A DNA stretch of 64,000 nt from Candidatus Eiseniibacteriota bacterium (lineage in GTDB: Bacteria; Eisenbacteria; RBG-16-71-46): positions 96,001 to 160,000 of the forward strand of contig JBGAML010000001.1 in NCBI GenBank assembly GCA_044223005.1, written 5' to 3'. The position numbers and the translations under genes are program-made. Of the stretch, positions 56,080-64,000 are shown piece after piece (the stretch's first letter is position 1; each line of letters opens with the position of its first letter). The notes beneath the pieces are model-generated. The model worked only from the letters and a program-made list of their open reading frames with translations, searched no databases and was not told where the DNA came from.

Positions 56080-57261
56080 ATGCTCCGGCTCGTGATGGTG
56101 AACCTCGGCCGCAACAAGCTGCGCACGCTGCTCACCCTGGGCAGCGTGTTCGCGGCGCTGTTCCTGTTCAGTTCGCTCGGCGCGATCCTCGACACCCTGC
56201 AGGCGGCGGCCGACTCCGGCAGCCGCGAGCGGCTCGCCGTGCGGCACGCGATCTCGCTCACGAACTTCCTCCCGCGCAACGACAAGGATCGCATCCTGAC
56301 GATCCCGGGCATCAAGCGCGTGTGCACGCAGACCTGGTTCGGCGGGCAGATCCCGACCGAGAAGCGCATGCGCCAGCAGTTCGCGGTCGACGACGATTTC
56401 TGGCCCATGTACCGCAAGGACATGCGGATCTCGCAGTGGTCCGAGCCGCAGGCGGCCGTGAGCCTGCCGCCCGACACTGATCCGCACCTGGCCGCGTACG
56501 CGGTGGAACGCACGGCCTGCGTCGTGGGCGCGGACCTGATGAAGACGCAGGGCTGGAAGCTCGGTCAGACGATCCACCTGAACGGCACGCTCTTCCGCGG
56601 CACGTGGGACTTCACCATCCGCGGGGTCTACGAACGCCTGCCGGGCGGCACGTGGCCCGAGGACCTGATCCTGTTCCACAACGAGTACCTGCGCGAGAAC
56701 GGACTTCGCGGCAACGACCTCGTCGGCGTGTTCAAGGCCGAGCTGGTCGACAAGTCGCAGTCGGCCGCGATCGCGAAGCAGGTCGACGCGATGTTCGAGA
56801 ACTCGGACAACGCCACCAAGACCGAGAGCGAGCAGGCCTTCGGCGCGGGATTCATCAGCATGTTCGGCAACGTGCCGTTCGCGCTGCGCATGATCGGGTT
56901 CGCGGTCGTGTTCACGATCCTCGTCATCTCCGCGAACACGATGGTCATGTCGGTGCGCGAGCGCACGAGCGAAGTCGGCGTGATGAAGACGCTCGGCTTC
57001 AGCGACGGCGCGATCTTCGGGATGATCGTGGCGGAGGCCGCGCTGATCACCACCGGCGGCGGCCTCGCGGGCGCGCTCGCCGCGAAGCTGCTCCTGGTGC
57101 GCATCCCGAACGTCCCCATCTTCAACTCGCTGGTCATCACCTGGGGCACCGTCGCCATGGCCGTCGCCATCGCGATCGGCCTCGGCGTGGTGAGCGGCTT
57201 CATCCCCGCGTGGCAGGCCTCGCGCCTGCGCATCGTGGACGCGCTGCGGCGCGTGGACTGA
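56080..57261 (+). CDS. MacB/FtsX-type ABC permease
   Basis: RNKLRTLLT and SVRERTSEVGVMKTLGF motifs. Confidence 0.9.
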   Translation: MLRLVMVNLGRNKLRTLLTLGSVFAALFLFSSLGAILDTLQAAADSGSRERLAVRHAISLTNFLPRNDKDRILTIPGIKRVCTQTWFGGQIPTEKRMRQQFAVDDDFWPMYRKDMRISQWSEPQAAVSLPPDTDPHLAAYAVERTACVVGADLMKTQGWKLGQTIHLNGTLFRGTWDFTIRGVYERLPGGTWPEDLILFHNEYLRENGLRGNDLVGVFKAELVDKSQSAAIAKQVDAMFENSDNATKTESEQAFGAGFISMFGNVPFALRMIGFAVVFTILVISANTMVMSVRERTSEVGVMKTLGFSDGAIFGMIVAEAALITTGGGLAGALAAKLLLVRIPNVPIFNSLVITWGTVAMAVAIAIGLGVVSGFIPAWQASRLRIVDALRRVD

Positions 57262-57271
57262 AGAGCCGGCC

Positions 57272-58552
57272 ATGGCGATCCCGTTCGTCTACAACGTCCG
57301 CAACGTGATGCAGCGGCCCGCCGCGACCGCGGCCACCGCGATCGGCATCGGGCTCACGGTCGCGGTGCTGCTCGCCGCGCTCGCGCTGGCCGAGGGCTTC
57401 CGTTCGACGCTCCAGGCCGCCGGCTCGCCCGAGAACGCGATCGTCACGAGCCACGGCGCCGACTCGGAGGTCATGAGCGGCTTCGCGCGCAGTGCCGGCG
57501 ACATCCTGCGCTCGAGCCCGCGCGTGGCGACCGGCCCCGACGGGCGCGCGCTCATCAGCCTCGAGATGGTGGCGACGACCAACCTGCCACGCATCGGCCA
57601 GAAGGGGTCGTCGAACATCCGCGTGCGCGGGATCGACGTGAACACGATCGGCGCCCGCGTCTCGCCGGTGATCACGCAGGGCCGCATGTTCACCCCCGGC
57701 ACCGACGAGGTGGTGGTCGGCGTGGGGATCGCGCCGCGCTTCGAGCACTGCTCGGTCGGCGACCAGATCAAGGTGCAGAAGCGCCTGCTCAAGGTCGTGG
57801 GTCTCTTCTCGGCGGGCGGCAGCTCGTACGAGTCCGAGGTCTGGGGCGACCAGAACGTGCTGCAGCCGCTCTTCCACCGTGACGGCGGCTGGCAGGTGGC
57901 GCTGCTGCGCATCGACGAGAAGTTCCCGCTCCCGCCCGCGGTGGAGGCCGACCTGAGGCAGAAGGCCGCGAGGAAGTCCTCGTGGTCCGACCGGCGAACC
58001 GAGGCCCAGCGCTTCGCCGAACTGGCGCGCGACTGGCGCTTCGCGGCGCTCAAGAAGGAGCTGGAGGACGACCCGCGCCTCGGCGTCGAGGTGAAGCGCG
58101 AGGACCTCTTCTACGCCGAGCAGTCGGTCGTGATCGCGACGATGGTCACGGTACTCGGGACCTTCATCACGATCATCATGGCGGTCGGCGCGCTCTTCGG
58201 CGCCGTGAACACGATGTTCGCGGCCGTGAGCGGCCGCACGCGCGAGGTGGCGACGCTGCAGGTGCTCGGCTTCCGCGGCGGGTCGATCCTCGCCTCGTTC
58301 GTGACCGAGTCGGTCCTCATCTCGGTGCTGGGCGGCGTGCTCGGCTGCCTGCTCGCGCTGCCCATCAACGGCATCCGCACGAGCACGACGAACTTCCAAT
58401 CGTTCAGCGAGGTCGCGTTCCAGTTCCGCGTGACGCCACCGCTCATGGTGATCGCCCTCGTCTTTTCGGCGCTGCTCGGCGTGGCCGGCGGCTTCTTCCC
58501 CGCGCTCAAGGCGGCCACGCAGCCGATCGCCCGCACGCTGCGCGGCGGCTGA
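57272..58552 (+). CDS. MacB/FtsX-type ABC permease (second subunit)
   Basis: NTMFAAVSGRTREVATLQVLGF and GGFFPA motifs. Confidence 0.9.
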   Translation: MAIPFVYNVRNVMQRPAATAATAIGIGLTVAVLLAALALAEGFRSTLQAAGSPENAIVTSHGADSEVMSGFARSAGDILRSSPRVATGPDGRALISLEMVATTNLPRIGQKGSSNIRVRGIDVNTIGARVSPVITQGRMFTPGTDEVVVGVGIAPRFEHCSVGDQIKVQKRLLKVVGLFSAGGSSYESEVWGDQNVLQPLFHRDGGWQVALLRIDEKFPLPPAVEADLRQKAARKSSWSDRRTEAQRFAELARDWRFAALKKELEDDPRLGVEVKREDLFYAEQSVVIATMVTVLGTFITIIMAVGALFGAVNTMFAAVSGRTREVATLQVLGFRGGSILASFVTESVLISVLGGVLGCLLALPINGIRTSTTNFQSFSEVAFQFRVTPPLMVIALVFSALLGVAGGFFPALKAATQPIARTLRGG

Positions 58553-58670
58553 ACCTCGCCGGGACACTGCGGAGGCATTCTCGGCGCCGGGCGACGCGAA
58601 ATCGCCACGGCGCCGAGCCGTTTCGCGACAGGGCGGCCGCGCAACTCGCGTTCCTGCATCGGAGGGTGCG

Positions 58671-58686
58671 CGGCACGGAACCTGCG
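58671..58686 (+). promoter_or_regulatory. Sigma-54 promoter (overlaps an ECF-like GGAACC-N16-CGTCC)
   Basis: CGGCACGGAACCTGCG, about 100 nt upstream of the gene at 58785. Confidence 0.55.
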
Positions 58687-58784
58687 ATGGCTCGACGACG
58701 TCCACATGCCAGGCAACGGTCCCGGCGCACGAAGGCGCCCGGGCCCCACGGTGGCCGCGCACGTCCCACGAAGGGAGTTCCGTC

Positions 58785-59249
58785 ATGAAGCGAACCCTCG
58801 CGCCGTTCCTGCTGCTCGGTCTGATGGCCGCGGTGCCGGCCTTCGCCGAGACCTCCGTGCACGTCGGCATCAACATCGGTGCACCGCCGCCGGCCGTCGT
58901 CTACCACCACGAGCCGCGCTGGGTGATGGTGCCGAACGAGCGCGTGTACGTCGTCGACGACGATGCGCTCGGCTACGACTACTTCCGCTACGGCGGCTGG
59001 TACTGGATCTACGACAACGACAACTGGTACCGCGCGCGGCGCTACCGCGGCCCGTTCGTCGCGGTGCGCGCCGACTGGGTGCCCGCGCCGATCTGGCACC
59101 TGCGTGCGAGCAACCACTACCGCTGGCGCCACCGCCCCGGCGACATGCCTCCGGGCCTGGCGAAGAAGTACGGACGTGGGTACGGACACGGCGACTACGG
59201 GCGCGGCGACGATCACGGGCGTGGCCACGGGAACGGTCGCGGCCACTGA
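58785..59249 (+). CDS. Secreted aromatic/His-rich hypothetical protein
   Basis: Signal peptide ending AFA. VGINIGAPPP, PPGLAKK and a G/H-rich tail. Confidence 0.8.
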   Translation: MKRTLAPFLLLGLMAAVPAFAETSVHVGINIGAPPPAVVYHHEPRWVMVPNERVYVVDDDALGYDYFRYGGWYWIYDNDNWYRARRYRGPFVAVRADWVPAPIWHLRASNHYRWRHRPGDMPPGLAKKYGRGYGHGDYGRGDDHGRGHGNGRGH

Positions 59250-59331
59250 CGGCGAGCGAAGCGCGAACGGGGCCGGCGGCACCAGCCGCCGGCCCCGCGT
59301 GCGCGATCGTGCCTGCCCCATCAAGTAAAGT

Positions 59332-59976
59332 TCAACGTAGCTGCCGGACAATTCGCAGGATTGTTTCTTTGCGGAGAATCCGCAGCTGTTGGTCGTCGGG
59401 CGTGAAGACGAACGCGAAGTCGGCTGAGCATGCGAGTAGCCTGCCCTCAAATGCCTCTTCTCCTTCGGACCCGCTGGCGACCACCACCCTTGTAGTGCGC
59501 TGCCACCCGTTGCGAATCGAATCGCTCTCCTTGCGCACAAGGGACGTCAAGGCGTACGCGGTCAACCCGACAATAATGATGGGCGCCAAAAGGTAGAGCC
59601 GCACTGCATTCCACCAAGGAATGGACTTTGAGGCGATCCCGATGGGAAGTGTGGTGCGCTCCATCAGGACATGGCGAACCGCGTTGGCCAGCCATAGCAA
59701 AGCCGTGGCGAGCACTCCGACGAAGAGCACGTCGAGCCGTCGCAATCCAGCCATGAAGAAGTCTTCCGCGTTCGCGAAGACGAGGTAGTCGACGCCGAAG
59801 CTCCTGAAGAGCAGTTCGTAGAAGATGAAGCCGAGAACTGTGACCAACAGGAAACTGACTGTTGTGAAGAGTGCAAGCTGTTTCGCGATCAACTCGACTT
59901 GATCGGCAGCCCGCTTACGAGCTTCGGTGTGAGACTCAAACCTTGGTAACCCATGCTGCTTGGGTGGAGCATTCAT
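59332..59976 (-). CDS. Hypothetical membrane protein in a lower-GC islet
   Basis: Three TM segments and atypical codon usage. TAGGAT lies 7 nt upstream of the ATG. Confidence 0.65.
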   Translation of the reverse strand: MNAPPKQHGLPRFESHTEARKRAADQVELIAKQLALFTTVSFLLVTVLGFIFYELLFRSFGVDYLVFANAEDFFMAGLRRLDVLFVGVLATALLWLANAVRHVLMERTTLPIGIASKSIPWWNAVRLYLLAPIIIVGLTAYALTSLVRKESDSIRNGWQRTTRVVVASGSEGEEAFEGRLLACSADFAFVFTPDDQQLRILRKETILRIVRQLR

Positions 59977-60117
59977 GGTGGCGATCCTAGAACATGTTGG
60001 CGGGAACAACCTGCGGCGTGTTCGAACCCAAGCGTCTTCTCGATCGCCGGACCTGATCAAGTGGAATTCAGCAGCGCTCGGCCTGAAAGTGAGGCCTAAT
60101 GCCGCCACCGAATGCTC

Positions 60118-60450
60118 TCAACCACTTGGCGTCTCCGACAACCTGCCCTTGCCGAAGAGCAGCGCCACCGGCACCGCGAAGGCGATGCCGCCGGCGAGCG
60201 CGAGCAGCACGAAAGCGCCCCAGTGCAGGCGGCTCAACCCGCAGCGCACGAACAACCAGGCGAGCACGCCGGTCATGACGAGCGCCTCGATCACGAACGC
60301 GGCCGAGACCGGGTTCGCGAGCGCCGCGGCGAGCGCACCCGGCCGCGCGAGAAGCCCGTAGAGGAACGCGCCGTTGAGCCCGGCGAAGCCGAACGTGGCC
60401 AGCGCCATGAGAGAGAGCCGCTCGCGCGGCGAGAACGGGGTCGTCGGCAT
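60118..60450 (-). CDS. Small 3-TM membrane protein
   Basis: GGAG RBS. MPTTPFSPRERLSL followed by hydrophobic helices. Confidence 0.7.
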   Translation of the reverse strand: MPTTPFSPRERLSLMALATFGFAGLNGAFLYGLLARPGALAAALANPVSAAFVIEALVMTGVLAWLFVRCGLSRLHWGAFVLLALAGGIAFAVPVALLFGKGRLSETPSG

Positions 60451-60635
60451 GGCGGTCTCCGGAACGGCGGAATCGACGAACGGCGGTCGGCGACCGCCGG
60501 GGCGCGCATCGTAGCGCAGCCGCGCGCGTGGCCTGGCGCGGATTCCGATGCCGTTCCGCGCGGGGACGGAACCACGAGCGGGACCGGGGCGCGTGCCCCG
60601 GTCCCGCCCGGTCCGCCGTCGGCGCTTTCGCGCGC

Positions 60636-62576
60636 TCACCTCAGCCAGGCCACGCGCAGTACGGTCGTGCGGCCGCCCGAGTCGAAGCGCGCGAGGTACA
60701 TCCCGGGCCGGATCGTGCCCGCATCGCCGTGGCCGTCCCAGCGCACGCTCTCGCCCGCGCGCAGCGTGCGCGTCCAGACGCGGCGCCCGAGCAGGTCCAC
60801 CACGTCGAGTCGCCCGCCCGCGGCCTGCGGCGCGTGGAACTCGACCGCGCCGCGCGCGGGATTCGGCGAGGCCGCGAACGCGGCCGCGCCGGTGACGCCC
60901 GGCGGCTCCACGCCCCCGGGCGACGCGCAGCCGACGCCGCGCGCGCCGATCGCGCCGTAGACACCCGTGGAGGCGCACGGCGAGCCCGATGCCACGCCGA
61001 AGTCGCCCGCGGGCAGGTCGCAGGGCAGCGGATCGGCGGCGAGGTTGCTGTCGGCCGGGGACGCGACGCCTGCGTACGCCGCGCCGAGGTCGTGCCACGC
61101 GTCGTTGAACGCGAACGAGCCGCGGAACGGTCCGTCGACGCGCAGACCGCCGCCGACGTTGGCGACGGTGAGGTTCCGCTGCACGACCTGGGCGATGCCG
61201 GTGAGCGAGAGCGGCGGCACGACGCGGACGCCGGGTCCGCCGTTGCCCACGCAGGTGCTGGACGCGAGCGAGTCCGTTCGATCCGTCGCGGCGGTGGTCG
61301 CGAACGCGATGCCGTCGCCGCCGTTCGCCCACGCGACGTTGCCGATCGCCGCGACGCCGCCGCTCGCGAACCGGAAGCCCGCACCGCCGTTGTGATCGCT
61401 GAGGCAGTTCCAGATGCGGCTCGGCAGGAAGCTGGTCGCCTTGCCCGGCTCGTCCACGACGCGGATGCCGTCGCCGGCCACGTGCGAGACGTGCACGCGC
61501 GTCATCTGGACGCCGGACATGCCGTTCGCGCAGTGCACGTCGAGACCGTGACCGCCGGCCCCGTCCACGACGACGTCGCGGATCGGATACGTGACGTAGA
61601 ACGCGGGCAGGTTCTCGGAGACCTCGATCGCGATGCCGGTGCTGGCGAGCACCGTGTCGGCGGCCAGGGAGACCTGCGAGTTCCCCGTACCCGGCCAGCG
61701 GATCGCCTGGCCGCAGTTCACGAAGCGCGAGTTCGACACGGCCAGCGAATACACGGTGTGGAAGCTGTATGCGCCGCTCGCGCCCAGTTCGACCGCCGCA
61801 CCGGCGATGTCGTGGGCGACGCAGCGGTCGATGACCCCGCCCTCGCCGGAACCGCCCGCGAACACCACGCCGCGCTCGGCGCTCGAGAACGCACAACGCG
61901 TGAAGAGGATCCGATCGGCGTCGTCCCCGTGCGCGACGACCAGCGTGTCGGCCGGCCCATCGAACGTGCAGTCGACGAGCCTCACGTCGCCGGTCCCGCT
62001 CGAGGAGGTCTGGAGCCGCGCGGAGTGGAACCGCAGGTGGTCGAGCGTCCCGTAGTTCCCGTAGTGGAGCAGCATCGTCGGACCGTGGAAATCGCAGTCG
62101 TGGAAGTTGGCCGCGGACATTCCCCCGGCGTCGGACTGCACCGCGCCGGCGAGGACGCAGGCCCGGAAGTCGATCGCCGTCGCGCGCCCACCCGACACCC
62201 CCGGCGCGAGGTCGTGCGTGAACGTGAACCCGGCCAGGAACCACGCGGGGGTGGTCGGGGCGGCGCTCGAGGTGATGCCGTCGAGGAACGTCACCGCGGC
62301 GCCACCGGTCCCGACGATCGCCGCAGGGGGAATCGCCGCGGAGAAGGCGGGCGTCTCGGCGTACGTGCCCGGGAGCACGAGCACCGAATCGCGCGCCGAG
62401 ACGGCGAGCTGCGCGACCGCCGCCGAGATCGTCGTGAAGTCGCCGCCGCCGGCGGCATCGACCACGTAGTGGGTCGCGCGCGCGGGGCGTACGCCCGCGA
62501 GGACGAGGAGCGAAGCCGCCAGCAGGCCGGCGGCTGCGGGAATCCCGCGGGCCCGGCGGTGGATCTCGCGGTGCAT
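60636..62576 (-). CDS. Secreted parallel beta-helix (pectin-lyase-like) protein with FlgD/CTD-like tail
   Basis: Signal peptide. GGGDFTTISAAV..PGTY, NGGxG repeats, ADP..SGSPC. C-terminal SPNP..GRRV..WDG..GMY. Confidence 0.85.
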   Translation of the reverse strand: MHREIHRRARGIPAAAGLLAASLLVLAGVRPARATHYVVDAAGGGDFTTISAAVAQLAVSARDSVLVLPGTYAETPAFSAAIPPAAIVGTGGAAVTFLDGITSSAAPTTPAWFLAGFTFTHDLAPGVSGGRATAIDFRACVLAGAVQSDAGGMSAANFHDCDFHGPTMLLHYGNYGTLDHLRFHSARLQTSSSGTGDVRLVDCTFDGPADTLVVAHGDDADRILFTRCAFSSAERGVVFAGGSGEGGVIDRCVAHDIAGAAVELGASGAYSFHTVYSLAVSNSRFVNCGQAIRWPGTGNSQVSLAADTVLASTGIAIEVSENLPAFYVTYPIRDVVVDGAGGHGLDVHCANGMSGVQMTRVHVSHVAGDGIRVVDEPGKATSFLPSRIWNCLSDHNGGAGFRFASGGVAAIGNVAWANGGDGIAFATTAATDRTDSLASSTCVGNGGPGVRVVPPLSLTGIAQVVQRNLTVANVGGGLRVDGPFRGSFAFNDAWHDLGAAYAGVASPADSNLAADPLPCDLPAGDFGVASGSPCASTGVYGAIGARGVGCASPGGVEPPGVTGAAAFAASPNPARGAVEFHAPQAAGGRLDVVDLLGRRVWTRTLRAGESVRWDGHGDAGTIRPGMYLARFDSGGRTTVLRVAWLR

Positions 62577-62680
62577 GGGAACGGCCTCCGTGGCACGGGT
62601 CGGTCGACGGCGTCCGGAACGCGGCTCGCATCCGACGAGGTCGGGGCGCGAACCGTACCGACGGGGGACACGGGGCGCCT

Positions 62681-62696
62681 TGCACCGCGCGTGCCG
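62681..62696 (-). promoter_or_regulatory. Sigma-54 promoter
   Basis: Minus strand CGGCACGCGCGGTGCA (GG-N10-GC). Confidence 0.55.
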
Positions 62697-62980
62697 CCCA
62701 GGTGAGAATCCCGCATCTTCGCGCCGGCGCGCGAACTGCCCCTTCCGCGCCGGGGGAACGCACACGACCTCGCCGGAAGAAGCGTCAACCGGGCCGACAC
62801 CCGCCGGCCCCGGACGAATCGTCCAGAACGCGCGAATTCGTGCGACGGACCGGGCCGTGCGCGCACCGTTCCCGGCCGCGTGCGACTCCTACCCTCCGAC
62901 GGCCGGGTCGCCTAGCGGCCCGGAAGCACGGCGGCTAGAATCCGCTGCGCTCGTTTTCCAACGCCATTCACGGAGGCATC

Positions 62981-63946
62981 GTGTCGACGCCGCACGAGGT
63001 GATCATCCTGGGCTCCGGCCCCGCCGGTTACACCGCCGCGATCTACGCCGCGCGCGCCAACCTGAAGCCGCTCATGTTCTCCGGCCTGCAGCCGGGCGGC
63101 CAGCTCACGATCACGAGCGAGGTCGAGAACTACCCCGCGTTCCCGGACGGCATCCTCGGCCCCGAGTTGATGGAGAAGTTCCGCGCGCAGGCCGAGCGCT
63201 TCGGCACGCAGATCGTGGACGCCGAGGTCGAGAGGGTCGACTTCTCGCAGCGCCCGTTCCGCGTCTGGTCGGATGGCAAGGAGTACGTCGCGAACAGCGT
63301 GATCGTGGCCACCGGCGCGAGCGCGATGCTGCTGGGCCTGCCGAGCGAGCAGCGATTCATGGGCTTCGGGGTCAGCGCGTGCGCGACCTGCGACGGGTTC
63401 TTCTTCAAGGGCAGGCGCGTCATCGTGGTCGGCGGCGGCGACACGGCGCTGGAAGAGGCGACCTACCTCACGCGCTTCTGCGCCGAGGTCGTGATCGTGC
63501 ACCGGCGTGACCAGTTCCGGGGCTCGAAGATCATGCAGGAGCGCGCGCTCGCGAACGAGAAGATCCGCGTGATCTGGAACGCCGAGATCGCCGAGGTGAT
63601 CGGCGAGGCCGAGAAGAAGGTGACGGGCGTGAAGCTGCGCGACACGAAGACGGGCGCGATCACCGAGATGCCGATCGACGGCGTGTTCGTCGCGATCGGG
63701 CACAAGCCGAACACGGCGTTCCTGCAGGGCCAGCTCGCGATGGATTCGCGCGGCTACGTGCAGGTGAAGCCGGGCACGTCGTACACGAGCGTCGAGGGCG
63801 TCTTCGCCGCCGGCGACGTGCACGACGCGGTCTACCGCCAGGCGATCACCGCGGCCGGCAGCGGCTGCATGGCCGCGATCGACGCGGAGCGCTGGCTCGA
63901 GGCGCAGGCGCACGCGGCGCACGCCGCGGGCGCGGCGCGGCACTGA
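62981..63946 (+). CDS. trxB: Thioredoxin reductase
   Basis: GSGPAG, GGQL, CATCDG, GGGDTA, HRRD and RQAITAAG motifs. Confidence 0.95.
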   Translation: MSTPHEVIILGSGPAGYTAAIYAARANLKPLMFSGLQPGGQLTITSEVENYPAFPDGILGPELMEKFRAQAERFGTQIVDAEVERVDFSQRPFRVWSDGKEYVANSVIVATGASAMLLGLPSEQRFMGFGVSACATCDGFFFKGRRVIVVGGGDTALEEATYLTRFCAEVVIVHRRDQFRGSKIMQERALANEKIRVIWNAEIAEVIGEAEKKVTGVKLRDTKTGAITEMPIDGVFVAIGHKPNTAFLQGQLAMDSRGYVQVKPGTSYTSVEGVFAAGDVHDAVYRQAITAAGSGCMAAIDAERWLEAQAHAAHAAGAARH

Positions 63947-63968
63947 TTCCAACCCCCGGGAGGCCGTC

Positions 63969-64000
63969 GTGGAGCGCGAAGTCCTCGAGTTCGACGTGCA
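63969..64000 (+). CDS. Start of the next gene (possibly an ETF-ubiquinone oxidoreductase-like flavoprotein)
   Basis: GGAGG RBS, then GTG-EREVLEFDV. Only 10 codons are visible. Confidence 0.4.
   Translation, partial: MEREVLEFDV

Noticed and set aside
59310..60125. Integron gene cassette with attC sites
   Set aside because: I could not find a convincing RYYYAAC...GTTRRRY pair with internal symmetry, and no integrase is present.

Overview
A 64-kb piece of a very GC-rich bacterial chromosome, mostly core and metabolic genes: glcD/glcE/glcF, HU, trxB, a ferredoxin, three ABC systems and two sensor kinases. Three secreted proteins carry FlgD/T9SS-CTD-like tails and the LexA-like operator is of the Fibrobacter type, which suggests an FCB-related lineage such as Ca. 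Eisenbacteria (inference only). The notable items are: (1) a translationally coupled ECF sigma - soluble zinc-finger anti-sigma - TPR-CHAT (caspase-like) protease module followed by an S8 lipoprotein protease, resembling Craspase/CASP-sigma logic without CRISPR; (2) a dinB - P-loop kinase - dnaE2 mutagenesis cassette and a separate ImuB-C/DUF6504-like gene, both preceded by the identical palindrome CTGCACATTTGTGCAG; (3) a 222-bp nested inverted-repeat element lying in frame inside dnaE2; (4) an orphan cytochrome c with 49 CxxCH motifs built from tri-heme repeats; (5) recurrent sigma-54 promoters in front of exported proteins; (6) two apparent pseudo-enzymes and an orphan SbnI-like serine kinase. 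I saw no rRNA, tRNA, CRISPR array, transposase or integrase. All family calls come from motif recognition by eye, not from database searches.
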